This document shows, piece by piece, positions 48,246 through 59,014 of a DNA stretch of 64,000 bases. Within the stretch, counting starts at the first letter, position 1; the number at the start of each line of letters is the position of its first letter. The stretch is from Eremomyces bilateralis CBS 781.70 (taxonomy: Eukaryota), in the NCBI GenBank assembly GCA_010015585.1, contig ML975154.1. One strand, 5' to 3'. The notes below the pieces were generated by a model, which had not been told where the DNA came from, made no database searches, and worked only from the letters and a program-made list of their open reading frames with translations. The position numbers and the translations under genes were made by a program.

Positions 48246-49463
48246 CTACCCGAACGTCTTCAAGAACCCCCACAGCCCGACCCCGCACAGCACCGGAATC
48301 GTCAGATTATCATCCCAACCCCACAAATCCACCGCCTCCGCCGCAGCCGCCACCGTCCCGGCAACCACGCTGGCAATGCCGACTGCAACTCCACCGGTGA
48401 CCTTCGCGGTCTCTGGGTTCCATCCAAGATATCCGCAGACCGCCCCAGGAAGCTGCAGCATACCCTTAAAAGCGAATGCGTTCACCCCGACATCATATCC
48501 AAATGGGGTGCCAAGTTTCGGCCCAATATACCCCCAGAACACCGCCGCGGAGGCCACGCCAGTGAACATCGCGGCGGCAGTGCCGGCGAGCGACTTGCCC
48601 TTACGGATGTGCGGGGTATACCTCCCCCAGAGGCGGCCGAAGGTGCTCGCAGCGGTGTCGCACCAGCTGAGCAGCAAGACGCCGAGGACGCCAATATCCT
48701 TGGGGAAGACGCGGAGGACGAGATACGTCCCAGCGAGAAAGAAGATGGTACCGTTGTAGCTGTCGACCTCGGACTCGCGCATGAGGGCGCCGAGAACGCG
48801 GATGTAGAAGGCGTTGAAAGCGGGGATGCGGTGGCGGAGGAGGTCGGCGCAGGTGATGGGGAGGAAGGCGGACAGGAGGAAGGGGGTGATGTGCGTGGGT
48901 TGGTAGCCGCGGGAGTAGAAGTGCAAGACGAGGAAGCCGATGGACACATGCAGGGCTTTGCGCGGGATCTCGTGCTTGTGGACCTGCGTCATGGTCAGGC
49001 TGCATGCGACGGTGAGGTGGTTGTGCACGCGCAACTGGATCCCACGTACGAAGCTTCGCCATTCTTTATGAATGGGAATTAGCCCCAGCGGACTCGGGCT
49101 ACGGCTTAGTTCGCGCCAGTAGCTGTAGCCGGGTGGCTTCAGGTGCCCGGTGGCGCGCCCTTTCACCGCTGCCTCCGCTGCTTTACTTGTCCCGTCGGTC
49201 GGTTTCGACAATCCGCTTAACCTCCGCCGTCGACTCTCCAACGGCGATCGACTGCGTGCTCGGGACATCTCCGCATCCGAGACGCTGCCGCCGCTCGGTG
49301 TCTGCCTATCTTCATGGATCGGAGGAGGCGAAGTGACCCGATTGGTGCGTGCTATTGATCTGGTGACGGGCCCAAGGTAGGAGCCGGATGATGAGGAGAA
49401 CGACCCGCGAGGACTGGGGGAGGGGGATATGATTCGGGGAGTGGACGGGATATGCGAAGACAT
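48246..49463 (-). CDS. DGK1: CTP-dependent diacylglycerol kinase (cytidylyltransferase-like membrane protein)
   Basis: ATG 49463; intron 49049-48984. Motifs HKHEIPRKALHVSIG, LGALMRESE..YNG, LLLSWCDTAASTFGR, GKSLAG, WDDNLTIPV. Confidence 0.93.
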   Translation of the reverse strand: MSSHIPSTPRIISPSPSPRGSFSSSSGSYLGPVTRSIARTNRVTSPPPIHEDRQTPSGGSVSDAEMSRARSRSPLESRRRRLSGLSKPTDGTSKAAEAAVKGRATGHLKPPGYSYWRELSRSPSPLGLIPIHKEWRSFVRGIQLRVHNHLTVACSLTMTQVHKHEIPRKALHVSIGFLVLHFYSRGYQPTHITPFLLSAFLPITCADLLRHRIPAFNAFYIRVLGALMRESEVDSYNGTIFFLAGTYLVLRVFPKDIGVLGVLLLSWCDTAASTFGRLWGRYTPHIRKGKSLAGTAAAMFTGVASAAVFWGYIGPKLGTPFGYDVGVNAFAFKGMLQLPGAVCGYLGWNPETAKVTGGVAVGIASVVAGTVAAAAEAVDLWGWDDNLTIPVLCGVGLWGFLKTFG

Positions 49464-50576
49464 GTCGTCGGCGAAGGCAGCGGTGGCGCGGAGTTCTTCC
49501 ACTCGACTGCGGAAGCGCTCGGAGAAGGGTGGAAGGCCTGCGACGTCGCACGAAGAACGCCGATGCGAAGAGTTATGTATAAAAGGGATTGAGAAAAGCA
49601 ACGCAACTGATGTGGTGGGAGTGGAGAGGTCCAGATCTTCGACCTGATCGTCCAGCACGATGACAGGTGCTGCGAAAAGATTTCTGGTGATACGCTGACG
49701 CAGGTTTTCAGTGCTACTGGGCGATCGGTGTGGTATAGGGTCCGCTTGGAGTCGCGTCCGCGGAACCGATTCGCATGTTTGAAGTCGACAAGGGGGACTG
49801 TCGGACTGGACGAAGGAGAGAGAGATAAGATAGAGGGGTGAGGGTGAGATGTGAGTGATTCAGGGTGGTGGTGAAGAGGGAGAAGAAAAGTGGTGCTCAG
49901 CCTAGGATATACTCATGCCTCAGGCCACAATTCAATGCAGTGGCGGGCATGGATTCTTATTGGCCACAGGACTGCCTAGCGCTTCCGGAGTATCACCCTC
50001 TGCTTAGTAATTAGTAGCAGTTACCAAATCCCACCCTGGCAACTCGATCCTCGATGCTTTGCACTTAAAAATGCTTTTCATCGTCCTCGATAATTCCGAT
50101 GTTTTTTCACACGTTTCTGAAGGCTAAGGAACATCGCGTGAGCTGCATCTGTTGTTATCAATTCTCCTCGGTACAGTAGTGGCATCACCAGTAGCATCAC
50201 GAGGAGCTGGGAACCCGATGCAACCGTTCAGAACTCTGTCAAGTCTTCCTTCTCGTAGGACAGCTGGTATCCTAACTAGGAAATGAAAAATGAATGCTTG
50301 AATCATATTATTCTGTCTCGAACTTGATTCAGAGACCTCAAACAACTGGCAAGGTCACGTGCATCCACTGAAATCGCCCCTTGTTGCCTGATTGTTGCCT
50401 CTGCCTGGCCCCTGTTGCCTCCAATACAAGGCAGAGGCGAATCGAAGGCCATGCAAACTTTACATCTTTTAGTACACCGTAGTACCAGGACATATAACTT
50501 ATAAGTACCGTCAATGTTCTCTAAATAACCAATCCCTTCTAAAATCTGCTCTGTGTCCGAAAATATTTAAGCAGAC

Positions 50577-51584
50577 ATGGCCGTAACACGTCAAACAAGA
50601 GCCTCGGCCAGAGTGTTAAGTGACACTGCACTCAGTCAACTGTCGAAAAGAGCTGGAGAGACTAACGGGAAGCCCCCTCTGCTTGAGAAGTCCGAGGGAA
50701 GACCCGAATCCTCGTTCCAAGGGAAATTAGAGCAGTTTCAATTCGCGGACGCCGCCAAAGAGCCAGGAACCAGAGCAAAAAATGCGGCAGACCAGGAACC
50801 TCTATCCCGAACTCGCTCGCCCCTCAAACGAGGCCGCGTCGATGTCGTGAGCGAATCCACCAAATCTCCCTCCCGCTCCGCCTCCTCCTCCCCATCCAAA
50901 CGCTCCCGCCCTTCCAGCAAATACGCCGCCCCCTCCAAATACGCGCACCTCTCCCCTCTCCGCGACATCCTCGCCCCCCACCTCATCTGCATCTTCATCG
51001 GCGCCAACCCCGGTATCCAAACTGCCACGTCCGGGCACGCCTACGCGCACCCGTCCAACCTCTTCTGGAAGCTCCTCCACTCCTCCGGATGCACGGACCG
51101 CCGCTGTCGGCCGGAGGAAGACGCCGAGCTCCCGCGGCTGTACGCGATGGGGAACACGAACATCGTGGAGCGGCCGACGCGCGACGTGGGGGAGCTATCG
51201 AAGGCAGAGATGGTGGCGGGGACGGCGGTGTTGGAGGAAAAAGTGGCGAGGTGGAGGCCCGAGGCGGTGTGTATTGTGGGTAAGGGGATTTGGGAGGCGG
51301 TATGGCGGTATCGGCATGGGCGGTATCCGAGGGCGGGGGAGTTTGCGTATGGGTGGCAGGAGGTGGGGGAGAATATGGGGAAGGTGGAGGGGGAAGAGGG
51401 GTGGGATGGGGCGAGGGTGTTTGTGGCGGCGAGTACGAGTGGGGTGGCGGCGTCGTTGAAGCCGGCGCAGAAAGAGGAGATTTGGAGGCCGTTTGGGGAG
51501 TGGGTGAAGGGGCGGAGGGAGGAGAGGGCACGGGAGGAGAGGGAAGAGAGATCGCGGGATGAGATGGGGGCTGTGGAAAGTTGA
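50577..51584 (+). CDS. G:T/U mismatch-specific DNA glycosylase (TDG/MUG family, Thp1-like)
   Basis: Catalytic GANPG motif, GHAYAHPSNLFWKLLH, GNTNIVERPT, CIVGKGIW, STSG. Single ORF with Ser/Pro/Arg-rich N-terminus. Confidence 0.92.
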   Translation: MAVTRQTRASARVLSDTALSQLSKRAGETNGKPPLLEKSEGRPESSFQGKLEQFQFADAAKEPGTRAKNAADQEPLSRTRSPLKRGRVDVVSESTKSPSRSASSSPSKRSRPSSKYAAPSKYAHLSPLRDILAPHLICIFIGANPGIQTATSGHAYAHPSNLFWKLLHSSGCTDRRCRPEEDAELPRLYAMGNTNIVERPTRDVGELSKAEMVAGTAVLEEKVARWRPEAVCIVGKGIWEAVWRYRHGRYPRAGEFAYGWQEVGENMGKVEGEEGWDGARVFVAASTSGVAASLKPAQKEEIWRPFGEWVKGRREERAREEREERSRDEMGAVES

Positions 51585-51832
51585 TTTCAAGTGTGGGAGC
51601 ATTTATTGCAGTGCATGATCCGCCAGTTATACATTCTGATACATTCTGTTTTCTATCCGCTCATCTCTCCCGTCGAGATCAATTCTATCCGCCATCCCCT
51701 ATCTTCCCCTCTTTACCCCCCCAACAGTCCTTCCCGGCCGTAATTGGAGTCATCGGCCATCTTCTCAAGCTCTATTCTTCACTTCCTGCGCTTCCAATCA
51801 AGCCGTCGTTTCCGTCGTTTTTGGTACTTTAT

Positions 51833-52063
51833 TCACTGCTTCCCCTTGCCTCCTGGTCGACGCAGGCACCGATGCCGCTGCGCCCACACTAACCGCATGC
51901 ACAACCGGCAACGCGTCAGATGCCCGTGCTTCCAGCATCGCTTCGTCGCCCATCTTCGGCACTTGCCACACTTCACCGCCTCACCGAAGGCACCCTTTGC
52001 GCCCTGCTTGGGAAGTTGCCCATCGTCTAAGCGCGGGGTAATGCGGGAGGTGCGGGGGGTCAT
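51833..52063 (-). CDS. Putative small basic Cys/His-rich (zinc-finger-like) protein, 76 aa
   Basis: CACCACCATG start context, TATATAAA 145 bp upstream, pattern C-x2-C-x7-C-x2-H-x-H-x3-C-x2-C-x8-H-x-C; lies in intergenic space not overlapping neighbouring CDSs. Confidence 0.5.
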   Translation of the reverse strand: MTPRTSRITPRLDDGQLPKQGAKGAFGEAVKCGKCRRWATKRCWKHGHLTRCRLCMRLVWAQRHRCLRRPGGKGKQ

Positions 52064-52207
52064 GGTGGTGGTGGGGGTGGAGGGTTGGGTTTGTTGGAAG
52101 AGTAGTGAGGATGAATGGAGAAGTGTCGTTGTGTGCTGTTGTGATCAATAGAATTGGGGTTGTGTCGAGTGACGAAGAGCAGACCCAAAATAACGATACT
52201 TTGAGGG

Positions 52208-52215
52208 TTTATATA
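52208..52215 (-). promoter_or_regulatory. TATA box (TATATAAA) upstream of the small Cys-rich ORF
   Basis: Plus-strand tttatata at 52208-52215; an A/C-rich leader follows on the minus strand up to the ATG at 52063. Confidence 0.45.
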
Positions 52216-52755
52216 TCTGCGGCTGCGCTCTCTCGAACTTTGCCATGCAGAGGAACCATCGCCCCCAAGACAGGATATTCCCCTTCTATCGCTTATCGAA
52301 GACCATCGTCGACTCCGCGACACTTCTGATGAATGCATCGTCCCGATGTTTCGGGTCCGGCCATTGTCTGTTGGCGCGGGGTCACTCTGAGGCTGATGTA
52401 AGACAGGCGGCGAGGACGATGGTCTGAGGGCCACGTTGTTGGCGTGTCGGAGGGCGGGACATGGGTAGGAGCGCTGAACAAAGTGGTGAAGGAGATCGAA
52501 GACAGCGGGTGGGAATCGCAAGTCAGATGGTTGCGGGGAGTAGGTCGCGTGGAGTTTCAAAGGCTCTGGTGGGTGGCTGCATCGTATCTTCGGATGTCTC
52601 ATTTACAATGGCGTTGTCGGATGAGACAATGGACTGTGGGATATACATACTATGCTAATAGTCTATCTATACCTTCAGTTTCGAATGGTATTGACAACAC
52701 CCTTTCTACCCATCCCCGTACAGGTTCTGGACAAATTTCTAGAGGGCTCCGAAAC

Positions 52756-54228
52756 TCAATCACAGCACTGCAGCGCTCCGCATGTCTCGGCGCACTTGAC
52801 ACGGCACATCGACTCATCGCTCGACGCCTGCCTCTGTCTAACCTCCTCCTGCGGCTCATCGCCTGAGACGGTGGGTTCCGTACTCTTCGCCTCCACTGCG
52901 GTACTCCCCGTCGTCTCCGAGATGCTCCTCCTCGCCAGTTCCGGCTGCATCGTCCAGCTATGCACACCCCATGCATGAAAACACTCCCCCATCTCGGTCG
53001 CGCGCTCCATGAACCGCTCGAGGCTGTCGTCGTTGGTTACCACGTGCACCGACGCGATCGTCTTGGTCTCGTTGAGCCGCCAGACGTGCAGCTCGTGGAC
53101 GCTCAGGATGCCGGGGAGGCTGCTGAGGTCGGCGGAGAGGGCGGGAAGGTCGATGGTGGGGGGGGAGCCTTGCAGGAGGATCTTGCTGGAGGCGTTGAGG
53201 AGCGGGACGCAGGAGGCGAAGATCATGAAGGCGATGGCCATGGAGACGGCGGGGTCGGCGTAGTAGCGGGCCTCGGACTTCACGAACCAGATGATCAGGG
53301 CGGAGATGATGACCCCGATGTTGTTGATGGCGTCGCCGATGACGTGGATGAGGACGCCCATCATGCCGAGATCGCGGTGGTGGTGGCTGGTGGAGACGTT
53401 TTGGTGGGCGTGGTCGGCGTGGATGCCAACGCCCTATCGTGGTTAGTTGGAAGCTGGTGTATATTTTAGGTATAACGTACGGAGACATTGATGGAAAGAT
53501 GGATGTCTGGCTGATCTTCGTTTGGGGTGTCCCCGTGGGGATGTCCATGTCCATGTCCGTGGTCATGTCCATGACCTAGGCTTGTTAGCTATAGGAACTA
53601 ACAGAATATGAAGATGAATCAACCATGAAGAAACAGAACGCTAATGATGTTCAAGCCAAGTCCAATCGACCCGACGATCAACACAAGCTTCGGATGCTCG
53701 ACCTCTGTATTCCATCAGTCATCTGGACTGCGACACGCAAAGACATGCATACTCTCAATCGAAATGAATCGCTCTAAGGCTTGAAGAAAGATGCTGAGAC
53801 TCAGAGCTGCCAGAAAGACGCCGTTGAAGAAGGCACCCAACATCTGTGCGCGCTGCCATCCGAAGGAGAACCCCCTAGGAGACTTCCCTTGCTTGGAGAC
53901 CTTGGACAGTGTTAGCTTAGGGAGGATAACATAGGCGACGGAACATACCCGGATAGCTATAAGAGCTACGACAAAACCAATAAGGTCATTGAGCTACGAT
54001 GACCCCTGTTAAACACCCTCTTCAAAGTTGGGAAAGGTACCATACGTAGTGGAACGCATCAGCGATAAGAGCCAAGGAGTGCGTGTAGAAGCCCACTATT
54101 CGCAATTAGACCGTTAAACTTAACAAAAGGAAGGTAATAATACCAGAAATCTCCGCAATGAAGAAGCACAGCGAGATCCCAATAACAATCGACAGGCGCG
54201 TCGTGTTGGACAACGGAAGAGAACGCAT
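52756..54228 (-). CDS. CDF-family Zn/Co transporter (Zrc1/Cot1-like), 7 exons
   Basis: Exons 54228-54144, 54095-54046, 53993-53949, 53900-53753, 53704-53624, 53575-53481, 53433-52756, all in frame. Motifs SLALIADAFHYLND, FSFGWQRAQMLGAFFNG, His-rich loop HGHGHDHGHGHGH, HVIGDA, YADP, HELHVWRL; Cys-rich end CRVKCAETCGALQCCD. Confidence 0.92.
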
Positions 54229-55113
54229 AGTGTCTTGAAGCTGGTGAGAGCTACGACCAGTCACATCCAGGTACAAGCACTTCCGATACCGGTCTAGTGC
54301 AACAATCGCAAAGGAACAGAGTCTTGCAATATAGACGAAGAATTGAAAAGACTAGAGATGAGAAAGTAAAAGCGCTGATGACACTGAATGAGATGCCAAG
54401 GATAAGTGCAGCGTCGACTTCTAGACTTCCATGTTAGGATCTGGTGAAGGATGCGATTGCACGAAGGTGAAATCTATGTCGATGGTGAAAAGTGCACTGC
54501 TCTGGTACCATTCACTTTCTCGATATCTCATTGGCCTTGTGCTGCTGTAGCTTGCATGTCGTGTAGATCTCCTGTCTAAATAAATCTGTAGCGAAAATGT
54601 CCTGGCATTGCTCAGGTTTCGAGAGGGGTTCTACAAGTTATTTTCCTTTGGCGCTTCGCTTTGGTACCAAGCTCACCCCTGGCTTTGGTAGGTACACTAT
54701 TAATTGCCGGTTATCCGTTGTTAGTGTTATGGGTATAGGGTTATTATGGTATCAGACATCCATAAGAACAGTCACAGCCAGTCTCTCTAAAGGCCTTTAT
54801 CCAGAGCAGCATAGTTCCTATTAATCAAGCATCCCTAGTTACTCCCTTGCTACTCGCCGCTCTGTGCTGTAGCACCAGTGTTCGAAGCATGGCATTACAA
54901 TCCCAATGAGGACTCACATCGCCTTCCTCCATAGAAATTATACATACATTGATTCGCAATATCAAATATCAAACGAGATCAAGTTGTCCCACCTGCGAGA
55001 ACATGATTTACATTCTAACAGACCTGGCAACGGGGTACGATCCGTACGAGACTGAAGCTTTAGATAGGCCGCGGCTCCGAGACTACTATTCATCGCCTTT
55101 CCACCCGGTTCCC

Positions 55114-56309
55114 CTACGCGATGCCAAAAAAATGCGATGTCCAAGTTCGGGTGCTGTGGCACAGTGTGGCCGACACCTTGAGCGCTGTATCCCACAATCT
55201 GCGCCGTCGTCGATGTGCCGTCTCCATAGATGGTCTGGGTATACCCACTCTGGGGTATATTGGCGGGGTCCTTCTTCGTAGTGAGTCCTAGGACGTTCGA
55301 CCATTACTTCAACTACTCCTGACCTGACATGCCAAAGTTAGCATCATGCGCTGCTCTAAAAGTAGGGAGGGAGGGAGCTCACAGTTTGGATAGCGGAGTG
55401 TACTATCGGCTGTTCCGTGGAAGCTGTATCAGACAGTATTGGTTTGGAAGGGTTTTACGGCTGAAAGTTGACGTTGCAGGATTAACTCACATTTGCATCC
55501 TAGTTCGAGGGCCTGTATAGCCCGGATAATACGACCGCACCAAGTCACCCCACGCCTGTGCGGTCTGAGTGAGCTGACCATTTACGCATGCGTTGGCTTA
55601 GCCGGGTGGTTCCTGAGTAGCGGTCGCACCCTGGATGTAGAAGCATCCGTCTGGAACCCCCGAGTAGACGGAGGCTGCCTTAAAGACGTCTGGGTAGACA
55701 CCAGCAAGCACATTCGCCATCCTTTTAACATCAAGAGTCAGCTATCGTGCTCTCATGGTGTTTTCAGTAAGAGGAAGTAACCACTTCTTAACATACATCG
55801 CACCAGAACTGGTTCCAATAACAAATGTTCTGTTCGCGTCTCCACCGTACTTGTCTACCGCGTATTTGACCATGTTCGCGACTGTTTAGCTTCGCCACCA
55901 CCGTTGTGGGTTAAAGCTATATCAAATCCCATTAGTGCCGTGTCTCCATTAAGGTCGTACCAGCAGTCAGAAGACGGTCCAGGAGATGATACAACAGAAT
56001 AGGACGGGGGGGCACACTTACTAGCCTTCGAAGCGACATCAAAGCAGCCACCACCGGATTTTGAGTTTGGAAAGATCAGGGTGATGCCATGTCTGTCCGC
56101 AAGTGGCAAAACTGGGACTCACTAGAGTATCCCTGGGCGGATCCCTGGCAGTGATGTACACCCTCGATGATAGGTGCCGGAGCCTTGATATTCTTTGGAA
56201 CGTAGGAATACATTCCTACCTTGGTAGGGCCGGCACTGAAGTCTCTGACTTGTTGCAACTGGCAGATACCGAGCGTGGCAAACGCCATAAAAATTGTGAG
56301 AAGCCTCAT
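55114..56309 (-). pseudogene. Secreted acetyl xylan esterase (CE1 / PHB-depolymerase-like) pseudogene
   Basis: Signal peptide; MYSYVP, VHHCQGSA, CFDVAS, LTHNGGG, nucleophile GTSSGAM, YPDVFKAASVYSGVP, HGTAD, GVGHTVP. Disrupted by frameshifts near 56108-56111, ~55886 and 55126-55132, and by in-frame stops at 55600-55598, 55315-55313 and 55306-55304. Confidence 0.9.
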
Positions 56310-56416
56310 CCTGTCGAAGTGCCTGTCTATGGTCTGCCGGGCAACGATGTCGATGGAGGAAGTTTTTTGGGGGAGGCTCTGATAGATATAGAGTTTTCAT
56401 TTCAGTCGCTCCGCTC

Positions 56417-56473
56417 ACCGCTGCATACGAGATCGCTGCAAATGAGACCGCTGCGTACGAGACCACTGCAAAT
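56417..56473. repeat. 15-bp tandem repeat (~4 copies, alternating 30-bp higher-order unit) upstream of the esterase pseudogene
   Basis: accgctgcatacgag / atcgctgcaaatgag / accgctgcgtacgag / accactgcaaat. Confidence 0.85.
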
Positions 56474-59014
56474 TTCCCGATCTTTTTTATAGTCATGGCT
56501 GGCTAGCGTATCAAATCGAACCCCAGCGGCTGTATGGCAAGAAGATGGGGCATTGGATAAAGGAACACCGGCTCTTTACCTGGAAATATAAAACGCAGAG
56601 ATGGGGGTTATAATATGAATGAAGTCTGACACGACTGAAATCTGTATATAAGTTCCACCTCCAGTTGGAGCGAAATTTAAAAATCATGGAGTTTCAATTT
56701 CATGCGAACTTCCCGTACGGTACTAGGAACTAAGGAGCTCTCGTACTCGGCTCGAGATAAAAGACAATTAAACATGCTTTCTTCCGTGCGCTCCTGTCTC
56801 GAAACAGGACGTTCCGAGGCGTCACAACGTGCGTTGGGCGAGCTAGCAACATGGAAAACGGCGTGTCTCTTCCGATTCGCAAGCGGATCGCGGAAGGATA
56901 ACAGGTTCTATATTGTCGTACACTACGGTTATGACGCCCGTGTCATGGTACGAAAGGATGAGGTAAAACTCTGTAATTCGTGATATACGAGAATCAATCT
57001 ACAGAGGAAGGAAGATCTAAAATACAAGCCGCTGTGTGAGGGAGTGATAAGTTGGCCTTGGGGTGAACACAACAAGTCAACAACAACACATCGTAAGGCC
57101 ATAAGGCACCTACACCCCAAGGCATCAAACTGAATTCAGTCTTCGATCCTTCACAGCCCGTTACGACGAGACTTATCCTTAATAAGGGATCAGGATACAA
57201 CTCTTCCTGGAACAGTAGATGAGGGGTACGTGGTTTAGGTCATGTGACCCAGTCATGTGTCCCGTCGTTCAGATATCATGTGTATACCTATGATCTCGCC
57301 GAGGCTGATTTTTGAGGACGAGAGAACTAAAGGCTGCGACTGTTGTAGTTACTGTTGTTAGGATCTAATGTCGAAGGCCGGGCAAAACTCTATATACGAG
57401 CTTGGTTGGTAAAGGAAGACAAAGTTGATGTCAACAAGTTCGGACGAGACCCCTGGAAGACGCTAACCGGAACAGGGCATGTTCGCTCCTCCGGCGGCAG
57501 CTATCGAATTTCGGTTGTTTTTATCGCGTCTGGATTCGCAGTTATCCATCGTAACAATACACGCGATGTCTGTTGCATTATCTCCATTCTATCGGTTCTT
57601 GGGCTCAATTCTGATGTCGTGCGTTGAATTTCCTCGAACATTTACTTTTACCAAGTATTTGAACACAAGCATCGTATGCCTATCGAGTCCAACATGTAAC
57701 ACCGATCCTACAGCGTTGTAACCTAATGACACTCATATTTATACTGCCATCTCCAATATTCATCTCCCCTGTCTCCTAGCGAGCTATAAAAATTACAATC
57801 CGAGAGAGGGTGACTAATTCCTCAACAACTATTACCTCAGCAGTAGCACGGTGCATTGTTGAGTTCCGGATGATCGACACCACACGTTCGGACTGGCCTT
57901 CGACACGGCCCGCACCGAGCAACTAGCCCGCAAATTTTCCTTCTCGGCGACCACCATCGGCTGTCTCCAATCATCGGAGCCGGCCCGTACGTCTGGTAGA
58001 GCCTCAATGTGGTAATTAGAATCCCCCCTCTTAGGTTGATGCGTCCTCCCAGCCCCAATATATGGACGAAGATCCAGTAGGTCGGCAAATCGGACAATGC
58101 TCCTAGTGGTGATTCACAGGGTCATAGAATGATCCAGTCGATGGCATACAGATCCGAAAATGAGATGCTAGGCCGAGTCTAGTGTTCCTCTGCCAGAGCC
58201 ATTCTTGCGGCCTGTCCGGAGCCAGGAGTTTTACGTTCAGGTCTAACAGGACTGAATTAGGTAGGTATCTAATACTGGATCGACATTGAGCTGCTGTACT
58301 ACCTTGTTGAGTGTGTATGATGGTTGTATCAGGCTGTGCGATATTTCTTAGTGTTATTGCCCTGACGGTCTCGGTTTCGGCACTGGTCTATAATTTACTG
58401 GGCGATATAGCCATATGTGTTTCCCTCCTGTGACTGGTGAGCATCGTCAATTTCAGTCTCTAAAGGTTAGTAGTCGTTACTCTTCATTCAGTCTTCGCTT
58501 CTCTTCATATATGCCACCTCATATATATCATCTCATACAAGTTATAGTCCTATGTATTCTTGCTTCACCGGCCAACCCATCTTCTGTTTATCTCCTGGTC
58601 CACGTTCGCGGTACACAGTTTTTAAGCACGGGACTGTTGAACACATTCCATATGCTAATTGATTAACGGGGAACTTGCAACCCAAGGTCGCTAGGTTGAA
58701 TCGTCGCAGAATCAGGTATCTTGGACCGCGTACACAATTGCGCGGTAGCTCACAAAAAAATTTGCTTTCACACCATGGCACACATGGAAGATTTTGCTAT
58801 TTATGTGATTATAACTTACCTAAGTTAACCTTCTAGTCGATATCTCGCTCAACCTATATTCCATCATCTTTATCTTGAAGCGACAAGGGGAAAGGTGTAT
58901 GGATATAAGAAGCAGTTGCTTTGCAACATCTGATGGTGCTTTTCGGCAGCTACAAAAATACTCTGAACCCAGAACAGCAATAGTAATCACACTTTTAGTA
59001 ATACTAAGCTCACA

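Noticed and set aside
44272..49082. Long plus-strand ORFs 44272-45249 and 48027-49082, and similar ones at 28628-29623, 11076-11930 and 9744-10625
   Set aside because: They are antisense shadows of BUB2, DGK1, KEX2, vezA and PTC7 in GC-rich, skewed sequence.
49464..49658. 65-codon in-frame GTG-started extension upstream of DGK1
   Set aside because: No ATG and no recognisable conserved content; the ATG at 49463 fits the expected N-terminus.
56417..56473. 15-bp repeats considered as a CRISPR-like array
   Set aside because: Eukaryotic context, contiguous tandem units with no unique spacers, and no cas genes.
57355..58097. Short ORFs, one with a weakly ankyrin-like WLVKEDKVDVN
   Set aside because: No TPLH-type consensus or repeat structure; not supportable.
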